Shown: positions 1 through 9,018 of the stretch, piece after piece | Layout of the letters: every line of letters starts with the position of its first letter | Numbering within the stretch: the first letter of the stretch is position 1 | IMG/VR virus record: IMGVR_UViG_3300031772_000023 | Location: 3,985 to 67,984 of that record | Reading direction: 5' to 3' (one strand) | Source: a virus | DNA: 64,000 nucleotides | Translations under genes and position numbers: made by a program | The notes under the pieces: generated by a model | What the model saw: the letters and a program-made list of their open reading frames with translations, nothing else | Database searches by the model: none | What the model was told of the DNA's origin: nothing

Positions 1-684
1 GATATTGACATTCGCATAGGAGATAAAGTACATTTTCATCATTTTGTTGTTCAAGATGATATGAGAATAAAAGTTGGTGATAAATCATTATTTAAGTGTC
101 CAAGATTTCATATGTTTTGTGTGATAAAAAAGAAAAAAATAGTAATGTTGGATTCGTGGGTATTTGTTTCTCCTATACTTGAAAAAGAAGAGGATATTGT
201 AAAGACTTTTGGAACATTAAAATTATGGACAAAAGCAACTCCGGGGGAAATTCATTTAATGGGTACAGTTTCACATCTTTCAAACATGGCCAAGGCTCAG
301 GGATTGTCAAAAGGAGACACGATAATGTTTAAAAAAGATGCTGAATACCAAATGAATATTGAAGGTAAGGAATATTACAGAATGGATTTGGCTAATGTTA
401 TTGCTATTGTAAGAAATGAAAAATTATATCCGCTTAGAGATGAAATAATCGTTCAAAATAATAGCATAAAAGAACACGTACGTCCATCTGGATTAATCAT
501 ACCAATGAAGCCAGCAAGAGAACAAATAGAAAAAGTTGAGGCAGTAGGAATACAAGACGAAGAAAAACAATTTAAGGTGGGTAGTAAAATAATGTTTCAT
601 CATCACACAGGTTCAAAGGTGGAGTATAACAAACAAAAATATACGATACTCAGGCAGTTGGAGGTGATTGGAGCAATGATATAA
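1..684 (+). CDS. GroES/Cpn10-like co-chaperonin-fold protein, 5' end outside window
   Basis: Frame +1 is open from base 1. RPSGLIIP resembles the GroES mobile loop; repeated GDKV/GDTI/GSKI-x-F segments. Confidence 0.55.
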   Translation, partial: DIDIRIGDKVHFHHFVVQDDMRIKVGDKSLFKCPRFHMFCVIKKKKIVMLDSWVFVSPILEKEEDIVKTFGTLKLWTKATPGEIHLMGTVSHLSNMAKAQGLSKGDTIMFKKDAEYQMNIEGKEYYRMDLANVIAIVRNEKLYPLRDEIIVQNNSIKEHVRPSGLIIPMKPAREQIEKVEAVGIQDEEKQFKVGSKIMFHHHTGSKVEYNKQKYTILRQLEVIGAMI

Positions 685-913
685 TATCCACTTCAAAGGC
701 CATAGATAATCCAACCAAACTTAATAGTGTTACATTTTGAGACTTACCAGTTTCTAAACTATAAATTACAGAAGCTGATATCCCACTTCTAATTACAACA
801 TCCAATATTTCCCAATTTCTTTTCAATCGTTCTTCTTTTATTTTAATACCTATCGTATTTAATCTGCCAGATAATTTATACTGTGAGTCTTTGTGATTAA
901 ATATTTTATCCAT
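650..913 (-). CDS. XRE-family helix-turn-helix protein
   Basis: IGIKIKEERLKRNW...SGISASVIYSLETGK pattern. Confidence 0.75.
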   Translation of the reverse strand: MDKIFNHKDSQYKLSGRLNTIGIKIKEERLKRNWEILDVVIRSGISASVIYSLETGKSQNVTLLSLVGLSMAFEVDIISLLQSPPTA

Positions 914-947
914 TTTTATAAAAAAAAGTTCATGTAAAAATAAGAAT

Positions 948-955
948 TACCTTTG
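948..955 (+). promoter_or_regulatory. Bacteroidota sigma70-type -7 box (TAnnTTTG)
   Basis: TACCTTTG 20 nt before ORF 976. The same box precedes ORFs at 2756, 8990, 12644, 35323, 36119 and 62372. Confidence 0.6.
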
Positions 956-975
956 TATTACAAACAATACAAATC

Positions 976-1755
976 ATGCCAACTAATAATACTTCATTCT
1001 CGGTTACGCAAACATCATCAGGTGTTTCATTTGATATTAGTTCTGAAGATATAAATATAGTTATTGCAAGCGGAAGCGGAAGTAATATTTTTTACATGAT
1101 AAACAGGGCTACATCAGCAAATGTCATAGTAGATGAAAGCCACGCTGCTGTAAGTGCGGCATCTGGAAATTTAATTCCGCTTACTAATACTGAAAATACT
1201 GCTACTTTTTACATGAATCCCGATAAAATAGCAGAACTTATAGATAATGGAACTGGAACTAAGATATTATTTAATCTTGGAGATCAGACCACAGAAAGAT
1301 ATGTTGTTGATGAAAGCAGAGCGGTTATCAGGGCGTTAATAGCATCAAAAGGAGCGGTTCTCTCATCATTTAGGTATACTATCGGTGCGCCGGGAGTTGC
1401 TGGATGTGATTATAACTTCACTTCTGTTGCCAATACTACCGAACAATCAATACAACTTGGAGGAACAACAATAATTGGAGCTAATGATGCCGTTGTATCA
1501 ATGGTTGTTGTATGTATTACCGGGATGAACGGAATTATAACAGGAATATTGGATGTAGGGATTACTTCTGGTTCAGCCGAATATATAAATTCAAATCCAC
1601 TTCCTGTGCAGGGTGCTACAATGTCAGTAGGACAGGTTACATATCCTTTAACCACCGAATCATCAGTATACTTTAGCGTTACTCCTGATGCGAATTGGAG
1701 TACAATGACACAAGGTAAATGGAGTATAGAAGTTATCAGAGAAAACATATTATAA
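976..1755 (+). CDS. Putative virion structural protein (paralog of next gene)
   Basis: S/T/G-rich; N-terminal ~125 aa aligns by eye with 1776..2699. Confidence 0.45.
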   Translation: MPTNNTSFSVTQTSSGVSFDISSEDINIVIASGSGSNIFYMINRATSANVIVDESHAAVSAASGNLIPLTNTENTATFYMNPDKIAELIDNGTGTKILFNLGDQTTERYVVDESRAVIRALIASKGAVLSSFRYTIGAPGVAGCDYNFTSVANTTEQSIQLGGTTIIGANDAVVSMVVVCITGMNGIITGILDVGITSGSAEYINSNPLPVQGATMSVGQVTYPLTTESSVYFSVTPDANWSTMTQGKWSIEVIRENIL

Positions 1756-1775
1756 ACAATTAAAATAAATACACA

Positions 1776-2699
1776 ATGTCAGCAACATCAAATACATTTA
1801 GCGTAACAGACGCATCAACAGCAGCCACACAGGACATTAGTTCTATTAACATTGTAATGGTAACGGCAAATGGAAGTGGAAGTAAAATTTTGTATGCTAA
1901 CACGGCAAATGCAACTCCTATGCAACTTATTGTAACTCAAACCCCTGCTTCCATATCCAGCTCATCTCAATATCTTATTGCATTAACTGATACGGCAACT
2001 TCAGCGGTGTTTTATGTAAATGTTGATAGAATTAATCCAGATATTATAGATAGTGGCTCTGGAAGCATCGTATACTACGATCAAGGTAATGCTGAGGCAG
2101 TTAAACTAACCGTAAACGAATCAAGAACAGCTATTAGAACAGCTATCGCTTCGGTAGTATCTGGTGGTGGTGGTTCGGCTGGTGTAACTACACCAGTTGC
2201 AACAGTATCTATCGTTGAATATGGTGATGGTAGAGATTTTGTAACAGAACTTACGCTTACTGATTTTGTTGTAGGAGCATTAGCAGGAGCAGCAGCAGCT
2301 CTTGGAGTCGGTAATATTGTAGCAGCTTATCCGGCAGGACAACATTTTGAACTTGTTGATTCTTTTTCAGCACTTTCATTAAAATGTGCTGGTACAGCAG
2401 TAGCAACTAAACTTGGTCTTGGCTCTGTTATCGCATCAGGAGCAGTATCAGTACTTAGTGGAACAGCTACTTTTCAAGATAGGATTGCTGGTATTACAGC
2501 AAATACATCTTCAACAGGAGGCACAGCAGTATCAACAGTAGCTTGTACAACAGCAGGGATAGGAACTGGAATCGCGCTGAATATTTCTTCTAGTGTTAAG
2601 AACATATTTTTGAATTGTTCCGGAACTTGGAATGCGAATAATGTTTCAAACCTTACGGCAAGTGGAGTTGTAATTTTGAAATGGACTAAGTTATCTTAA
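1776..2699 (+). CDS. Putative virion structural protein
   Basis: A/S/T/G-rich; shares N-terminal domain with 976..1755. Confidence 0.45.
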   Translation: MSATSNTFSVTDASTAATQDISSINIVMVTANGSGSKILYANTANATPMQLIVTQTPASISSSSQYLIALTDTATSAVFYVNVDRINPDIIDSGSGSIVYYDQGNAEAVKLTVNESRTAIRTAIASVVSGGGGSAGVTTPVATVSIVEYGDGRDFVTELTLTDFVVGALAGAAAALGVGNIVAAYPAGQHFELVDSFSALSLKCAGTAVATKLGLGSVIASGAVSVLSGTATFQDRIAGITANTSSTGGTAVSTVACTTAGIGTGIALNISSSVKNIFLNCSGTWNANNVSNLTASGVVILKWTKLS

Positions 2700-2718
2700 G
2701 TAATTAATAAAACGATAC

Positions 2719-2751
2719 AAAAAAGCCAAGCAGTAATGTTTGGCTTTTTTT
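2719..2751 (+). terminator. Intrinsic terminator
   Basis: aaaaaagccaag-cagtaat-gtttggcttttttt hairpin with T tract. Confidence 0.75.
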
Positions 2752-2785
2752 GTTATATCTTTGTCTTAATTAAATTTAATTGATA

Positions 2786-2959
2786 ATGATTCCTTCCGAA
2801 AAACGTATTCCAAATAGTATTAATTATATAGGAGAAGGTGGATATAATTCATCAGGTCATATTTTTTGGGTAAGAGTAACATTAGGCATAAAACATGGAT
2901 GGATATGGTATTGGAATACCGAAGAGCAACAAGTTTTTGAAAAATATTTTAAAATATGA
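2786..2959 (+). CDS. Small hypothetical protein (57 aa, not in ORF track)
   Basis: MIPSEKRIPNS...; follows -7 box at 2756; ATGA overlap with next gene. Confidence 0.5.
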   Translation: MIPSEKRIPNSINYIGEGGYNSSGHIFWVRVTLGIKHGWIWYWNTEEQQVFEKYFKI

Positions 2960-3357
2960 AACGTCCTCAAATAAAAGATAAATCCGCACTAGCATATATT
3001 GAATATCTTGAAGATAGACTTCAACTATATGAAAAATCTCCATTTGTAAAATCATATTTAACAGTACTTGGTCAGATAAATGATTGGAATGACCAACTTA
3101 CAATAAAGAAAATAGAAACGTCCGAAGGAGACAAATTTTTAGGGAAAATAAATTTGTTTGCCGATGCTAGTTCAAAGGAATTCGATAGAGTACATAAATA
3201 TTTTACAGAAATGAAGCCATATTTTGAGCAATTAGCATATTTAAGGAAACAAATGACTACCGAAGAAAAAAATGAATTAACTAAAGAATTAAAGCCTCTT
3301 TCAGAAGATAGTGCTGAAAACTTTTTAATAAAAACAAATGCTACTTCCACAGTATAA
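2956..3357 (+). CDS. Putative terminase small subunit
   Basis: Small helical protein overlapping the terL start; positional inference only. Confidence 0.4.
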   Translation: MKRPQIKDKSALAYIEYLEDRLQLYEKSPFVKSYLTVLGQINDWNDQLTIKKIETSEGDKFLGKINLFADASSKEFDRVHKYFTEMKPYFEQLAYLRKQMTTEEKNELTKELKPLSEDSAENFLIKTNATSTV

Positions 3358-5503
3358 TAATTTCAATACTGAAAGGAAGGTTGGGGAACATACAATATTT
3401 TTGCCTAATCCTCCCAACTTAAAAGATATTTTATACAAGGATTTGCCTAAAGAACAACAATTTTTCAGAAGAACATATTTACCTAATGATTGGGCAACTT
3501 TGCCAAGGGAGGATAAGAATAAATTCGCCAATGAACAATGGGATATAAGGGGTAGGGAAGGAGAAAAAGGCAAAGGATTATGGTTCTGGAACAATGGCAA
3601 CTTAGAATGGATGTCTCCTAATCATTACTTCTACGGTAATTGGTGGAGGATAGGTAAAGTAAAAATTCCAAAAGAATATATATTAGACCCAAGAGATGCT
3701 TACTATCCATTCTTTACAGATGCTGATAGAGATTGGCATTATTTGGCTGATGATTGTTATTATAATAGAAGTTGTGGAGGGTTGTTTACTATCGAATTTC
3801 GCAGAGGTGGAAAAACTATGAGAGTTGGTGCTTATCAATACGAAAAGGTTTCCAAGACACATGATTCCAAGGGGGGAATACAATCAAGAGATGATACAGA
3901 TAGCTATAACGTATTTGAGAAAATAATTTACGCATGGAGAAATTTACCTCCATTTTTTAAGCCAGTAGATACAGGAAATAATAATCCAATAACTGATTTA
4001 GTATTTGATGAGCCAAAGAAGATAAGCACTAAAAACTTACAAAAGACGTATTCGGATATTCTGCATAGTTGGATAGATTATGGGAATGCAAGCGAGGGGT
4101 ATTATGATGGTAAAGAACAAATAATAAATATTCAAGATGAGATAGGAAAAATAAATTCAAAGCGCGGAATAGATTTACTAGAAAGAATACGAGTTGTTGT
4201 GGAATGTTGTTTTATCATGGGAGAAAAGGTAGGTATGGTATTAGGGACAACTACGGTGGAAGAGATGGAGAAAGCCGGAGGGAAACAAGCGAAAGATTTA
4301 TGGACAAGATGCACTACTTTAGATGAAGAGGCTAGTAGTTTAGGTAATATATTCCCAACAGGAAAAGCTCTTGACGAATTCGGTTTTACCCAGTCTAAAA
4401 TGAAACGATATTTTAGACCATCAAATTATGGTTATCTCGGGTTAGATATTGATGGAAAATGTTTAGTTGATAGATACGGATATTCTAATATTGAAAAAGC
4501 TACTGAGCATTTTTTAAAGAGAAGGGCTAGTAAAAAGGGAGCAGAGTTATCTTCTGAAAAAAGGAAGTTCCCATTAAAAATAGAAGACTGCTGGGTAAGT
4601 GATAGCAAAAAATCCGTATTTGATACTACTAGAATTGAACAACAAATAGAATACAATCAATCAATTCCAGTAAGTACACTTGTAAGAGGAAACTTTATGT
4701 GGAAGGATGGCATAAAGGATTCTACTGTTGATTGGAGTCCATCACCTGAAGGGAAGTGGCTAATAGCATGGCTACCTAAATTTGAAGATAGAAATAAATT
4801 TAATATTGTTTATGGCAAAAAAACTCCTGCAAATACTGATACGGGTTGTTTCGGGCTTGACCCTTATGATAATAAAATTACTGTTGATAATCGTAAGTCT
4901 GATGCGGCTAGTTATGGGTTCAGGAAATTCGACCCGATGAGTCCAAATGAATCTGGGATATTTATTTTAGAATATGTAAACAGGCCGAAATTGCCTGAGA
5001 TTATGTGGGAGGATATGATAATGCAAGCGGTATTTTTTGGATGGGAAATATTGATAGAAAATAACAAAATTGGCACAATTAACTATTTTAGGATGCGAGG
5101 ATATTATGATTATTTGATGGAAAGACCAGCAGAGACTAAAAACAATTCTAATTATGGCTCTACGAAGGAGCAGGAAAAAGGAATTGCACTTTCTGGGGAA
5201 GATGCCCGTATGGCACTTATTTACGCCACAGAGAGCTATATAGCGTCAAATGTTGGACTTATAGAGAAGCAAGGAGAAAAACCATATATGGGGAAGTGTT
5301 ATTTCGATAAATTACTTAATCAATGGCTTGATTTTGATTTTGATAAAAAATGGACTCAATTTGACTGTATGGTAGGTGCTGGACTAGCATTGCTTGGAGC
5401 AAGAAAGCATATTCCTAAGAAGATAGATTATGTACCCATTCAGTTATTCCAGAAATATAAAGCAAATGGTATGGGATATACAGCTATACATAATAAAAAA
5501 TGA
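3338..5503 (+). CDS. terL: Terminase large subunit
   Basis: Walker A-like RRGGKT, Walker B-like INIQDEIGK, nuclease GLDPYD, LIENN; 721 aa. Confidence 0.9.
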   Translation: MLLPQYNNFNTERKVGEHTIFLPNPPNLKDILYKDLPKEQQFFRRTYLPNDWATLPREDKNKFANEQWDIRGREGEKGKGLWFWNNGNLEWMSPNHYFYGNWWRIGKVKIPKEYILDPRDAYYPFFTDADRDWHYLADDCYYNRSCGGLFTIEFRRGGKTMRVGAYQYEKVSKTHDSKGGIQSRDDTDSYNVFEKIIYAWRNLPPFFKPVDTGNNNPITDLVFDEPKKISTKNLQKTYSDILHSWIDYGNASEGYYDGKEQIINIQDEIGKINSKRGIDLLERIRVVVECCFIMGEKVGMVLGTTTVEEMEKAGGKQAKDLWTRCTTLDEEASSLGNIFPTGKALDEFGFTQSKMKRYFRPSNYGYLGLDIDGKCLVDRYGYSNIEKATEHFLKRRASKKGAELSSEKRKFPLKIEDCWVSDSKKSVFDTTRIEQQIEYNQSIPVSTLVRGNFMWKDGIKDSTVDWSPSPEGKWLIAWLPKFEDRNKFNIVYGKKTPANTDTGCFGLDPYDNKITVDNRKSDAASYGFRKFDPMSPNESGIFILEYVNRPKLPEIMWEDMIMQAVFFGWEILIENNKIGTINYFRMRGYYDYLMERPAETKNNSNYGSTKEQEKGIALSGEDARMALIYATESYIASNVGLIEKQGEKPYMGKCYFDKLLNQWLDFDFDKKWTQFDCMVGAGLALLGARKHIPKKIDYVPIQLFQKYKANGMGYTAIHNKK

Positions 5504-5509
5504 TTATAC

Positions 5510-5534
5510 GTAACCTTTCCAGAAACATTGCGTA
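5510..5534 (+). promoter_or_regulatory. ECF-sigma-like promoter motif GTAACCTTT-N12-CGT, copy 1
   Basis: GTAACCTTTCCAGAAACATTGCGTA, just upstream of ORF 5553. Confidence 0.6.
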
Positions 5535-5552
5535 CAACTTGTAAATACTAAA

Positions 5553-7121
5553 ATGAAAACACTAATTTTAATTTTATTAATTACAATATCATCAATTTGC
5601 TTGTCTAATAATATTGCTCTTCACAATATTGCAATAAATGGACAAAACACTGCATCAGATTATACGATGATTCAGTTTGATATTACATGGGACAACTCAT
5701 GGAGAACATCAACCTATGAAAGTAATTGGGATGCAGCATGGGTATTTGCAAAATGGAGAAAACAAGGGCAAACGACATGGAACCACGCAACGCTTAACAC
5801 AAGTGGACATACTGCCCCATCAGGAGCTACTATTGACACACCTACCGACGATAAGGGCGTATTTATGTATAGAAGCGCAAATGGAATAGGCACAAATACG
5901 TGGAACAATGTTAAGTTACGTTGGAATTACGGAGTAGATGGGGTTGCTGATAATGACTTGGTTGAAGTTAAGTTGTACGCGATAGAAATGGTGTACATAC
6001 CACAGAATGCTTTTTATGTAGGAGATGGAAGCATAGGGGCTTCTGTATTGGGTCAATTTGAGAGCTGGAATACTAGCGTACCATTTCAGGTTACAAGTGA
6101 ATCTGCGCCATCTGTACTAGGAGGCGGTGGCATAGGTAGCATGGGCAATAATAACAGATCAGGGATGGATATATCTGGACTAGATGATTTTAATGATACA
6201 ACTTCTCAAACATTACCTGCTGCTTTTCCAAAAGGGTACAATGCCTTTTATATTATGAAATATGAAACAACCCAAGAGCAATATGTTGAATTTTTAAATA
6301 CCTTAACATACATACAGCAAGCAAGACGGACTCAAAGCTCCCCAAGTGCTGTTGGTGGCACAAAAGCATTTAATGCAGGTTATCGCAACGGCATAGCTAT
6401 AAAGATATCTGGAATAAGTACAAGTCAATCCGCCATTTATGGGTGTGACCTAAACGCAAACGGTACATTTAACGAAACTGATGACGGACAAAATGTTGCG
6501 TGTAATTGGATGCACTTTGCAGATTGCGAGGCATATATGGATTGGGCTGGATTGAGACCAATAACGGAATTGGAATATGAAAAATCATGTCGTGGTACTG
6601 TTGTTCCGGTTATTGGTGAATATGCTTGGGGAAACACAACTATAACAAGTGCTGTGGCTACAGGATGTACATCTGCTGGAACATCATTGGAAATACCTTC
6701 ATCCGGTTCTAATTGTGCCTATGCAGGAACATATACAGTCGGTTTTGGGCCTTTGCGTGTTGGCAGCTTTGCCCAGTCAGCAACCAACAGACAGCAATCA
6801 GGAGGATCATATTACGGAGTAATGGATTTAACTGGCAATGTTAGGGAAATGGTAATAACAGTAGGAAATGCAACAGGGAGAGCATTTACAGGTATTAATG
6901 GTGACGGAGCTATAGCAGCAAATGGAGAAGCTAATGTCACTAACTGGCCCTCTGGCTTTATAGCTGATTTCTCTAACGCTGTTGGTGCTGGATATAGGGG
7001 CAACGATTGGGGAGACCCATCTTCCACATACATGACGGTTAGTGGACGTAATGGAGCTGCTTATAATTATAAGTGGAGAGACCCTGATTACGGATTTAGA
7101 GGTGGAAGAACAGCACAATAA
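5553..7121 (+). CDS. Secreted FGE-sulfatase (SUMF1/C-type lectin fold) domain protein
   Basis: Signal peptide; FYIMKYETTQEQY, GLRPITELEYEKSCRG, YGVMDLTGNVREM, terminal YGFRG. Confidence 0.85.
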   Translation: MKTLILILLITISSICLSNNIALHNIAINGQNTASDYTMIQFDITWDNSWRTSTYESNWDAAWVFAKWRKQGQTTWNHATLNTSGHTAPSGATIDTPTDDKGVFMYRSANGIGTNTWNNVKLRWNYGVDGVADNDLVEVKLYAIEMVYIPQNAFYVGDGSIGASVLGQFESWNTSVPFQVTSESAPSVLGGGGIGSMGNNNRSGMDISGLDDFNDTTSQTLPAAFPKGYNAFYIMKYETTQEQYVEFLNTLTYIQQARRTQSSPSAVGGTKAFNAGYRNGIAIKISGISTSQSAIYGCDLNANGTFNETDDGQNVACNWMHFADCEAYMDWAGLRPITELEYEKSCRGTVVPVIGEYAWGNTTITSAVATGCTSAGTSLEIPSSGSNCAYAGTYTVGFGPLRVGSFAQSATNRQQSGGSYYGVMDLTGNVREMVITVGNATGRAFTGINGDGAIAANGEANVTNWPSGFIADFSNAVGAGYRGNDWGDPSSTYMTVSGRNGAAYNYKWRDPDYGFRGGRTAQ

Positions 7122-7131
7122 ATAAAACACT

Positions 7132-7797
7132 ATGAAAAACATAAAAACAACATTATCTCTTATGATAATAACTACTATGGCTGTAGCGCAAAACAATTCT
7201 ATATTTTCGGGAGGGTCTGCTGACGGATTTGCGATGGTGACAACTGGGCCTATTGATATTCCTCTACCAATAGAACTTGTATACTTTACGGCCAATAGAT
7301 CAAACAATGTTGTAGAAACAACATGGGAGACTGCTTCTGAATTTAATAGCGATTATTTTTTAGTTCAGCGTTCAGCAGACGGAATAATATTTGAAGAATT
7401 ACTTAGAGTAGAAGGCTCTGGAAATAGTAATACATCTAAAAAGTATTCTACTATAGATGAAATGCCTTTAATGGGAAGTAGTTTCTATAGATTGAAGCAA
7501 ATTGATTTTAATGGTAACTATGTATATTCAAAAACCGTAAATGTAATTTTTAAAAAAGAAGATTCTATAGTTATTATAAGTAAATATTTTATAGATTTAA
7601 ATGGATTCACTCCAATGGATAATTTAATTATTAAAACAATAGATATATCTGGAAAAGAATTATATTCAAACAATGTAACTACAGATAGTAATGGACATTA
7701 CGCTTTAATTAATAATAATGTTGCAGATGGATCGTATATAATATCAGTAATCTCCACTAGGGATATTAAGAATTATAAATTTATAATGTTTAATTAA
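7132..7797 (+). CDS. Secreted Bacteroidota-type protein with T9SS-cargo-like C-terminus
   Basis: Signal peptide, PLPIELVYFTA, WETASEFNSDYF, YRLKQIDFNG, DISGK...GSYII...KF end. Confidence 0.7.
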   Translation: MKNIKTTLSLMIITTMAVAQNNSIFSGGSADGFAMVTTGPIDIPLPIELVYFTANRSNNVVETTWETASEFNSDYFLVQRSADGIIFEELLRVEGSGNSNTSKKYSTIDEMPLMGSSFYRLKQIDFNGNYVYSKTVNVIFKKEDSIVIISKYFIDLNGFTPMDNLIIKTIDISGKELYSNNVTTDSNGHYALINNNVADGSYIISVISTRDIKNYKFIMFN

Positions 7798-7807
7798 ATA
7801 TTTAATA

Positions 7808-8197
7808 ATGAACTACCATCAAAATATAGATAAGTTATTAATAATATTAATCTTGCTGTCATTAGCTTATAGATGTTCAACTCCTATTGAAAGAACAACC
7901 TCTAGTAAAATAGCAGCTAAACCAACGTTAACACTTGCAAACTGCAACAAATATTACCCATGCGACAGCACAGTAATAGTCAAGGTACAAACCGATACTG
8001 TATTTGACATTATAAGACTTAAATCAATGTCTTTTATAGACAAGTTCTCGGATGCTTATGATGGTAAAACAAAGTCTGATTACATGGGAATAACAGTAAG
8101 TATAAAAAACGGGAAGTTTACAGTAACGGCAACGCTTGATGCAAGGATCATGGTTATAAAACGTAAAACATCAACGATAACAATAAAAAGATTATAA
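7808..8197 (+). CDS. Putative lipoprotein or membrane-anchored protein
   Basis: Hydrophobic N-terminus ending in Cys (LAYRCS). Confidence 0.45.
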   Translation: MNYHQNIDKLLIILILLSLAYRCSTPIERTTSSKIAAKPTLTLANCNKYYPCDSTVIVKVQTDTVFDIIRLKSMSFIDKFSDAYDGKTKSDYMGITVSIKNGKFTVTATLDARIMVIKRKTSTITIKRL

Positions 8198-8357
8198 AAT
8201 GATTACAATATCAATTATATCGCTAACAGTATTCCTAGCATTCACAACAGCTTATGAATGGTTTGAGTTCATCACAACATCAAGTAGTGAGCAAAATTTC
8301 ATTAAATATCTTATTCGTAAATACCTCAACTATAAGTGAATTTTAAGTCGAATTAAC

Positions 8358-8382
8358 GTAACCTTTCTATTTATCTTTCGTT
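8358..8382 (+). promoter_or_regulatory. ECF-sigma-like promoter motif, copy 2
   Basis: GTAACCTTTCTATTTATCTTTCGTT upstream of ORF 8416. Confidence 0.6.
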
Positions 8383-8415
8383 AAGATATGTAAATCAATA
8401 CTAAACTAAGACACA

Positions 8416-8883
8416 ATGAAAAACTCAATTTTAATTTCGGCTTTAATTGTAACATTTTTTTCATGCAAAAAAGAACCAATATCTATTGATTCTAATCCTG
8501 TAATAGCCAAAACTTGTTCGCCACTACCATTGCTGGAAGGGCAATGGAAGAGTGATTCTATAAGATTTGTGACAACATTACATGGAGTAGTTGATAATGA
8601 TACAATAATGGCTTACAATACTCCTAAGTCATTTATGAACCTGAATTTTTATTGTGACAACAATATAGCAACAATTAATGGAAGTACAGAAGCTGATATT
8701 ATTGATCCAACAAAATATAGCGTATTTAATAATACTATTTATATAGGTAATAATGGAGATACTTCTCAGATGGATAAAGCGATAATAATTAGTTTAATAA
8801 ATAATCATCTAATACTAAAAGGTAGTGTGTCGAATTCTGGAGATACATTAGTAGTATCTAGTTATTTATCTTTAAGGAAATAA
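8416..8883 (+). CDS. Lipoprotein, possibly lipocalin-like
   Basis: FFSCKKE lipobox typical of Bacteroidota; LEGQW motif. Confidence 0.6.
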   Translation: MKNSILISALIVTFFSCKKEPISIDSNPVIAKTCSPLPLLEGQWKSDSIRFVTTLHGVVDNDTIMAYNTPKSFMNLNFYCDNNIATINGSTEADIIDPTKYSVFNNTIYIGNNGDTSQMDKAIIISLINNHLILKGSVSNSGDTLVVSSYLSLRK

Positions 8884-9018
8884 TAATTATAGCTATGTAT
8901 AATAAGGGAATTACAATAGAATACATTGAATCCATTGCGAAGGATATTGATTTTAAGTTTCCTAAATATAAGTATTTATAAAATATTCCTACCTTTGTAG
9001 AATTATAACAAATTCTCA

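Noticed and set aside
6980-7121. Diversity-generating retroelement target at the FGE-sulfatase C-terminus
   Set aside because: I saw no reverse transcriptase and no template-repeat copy in the window.
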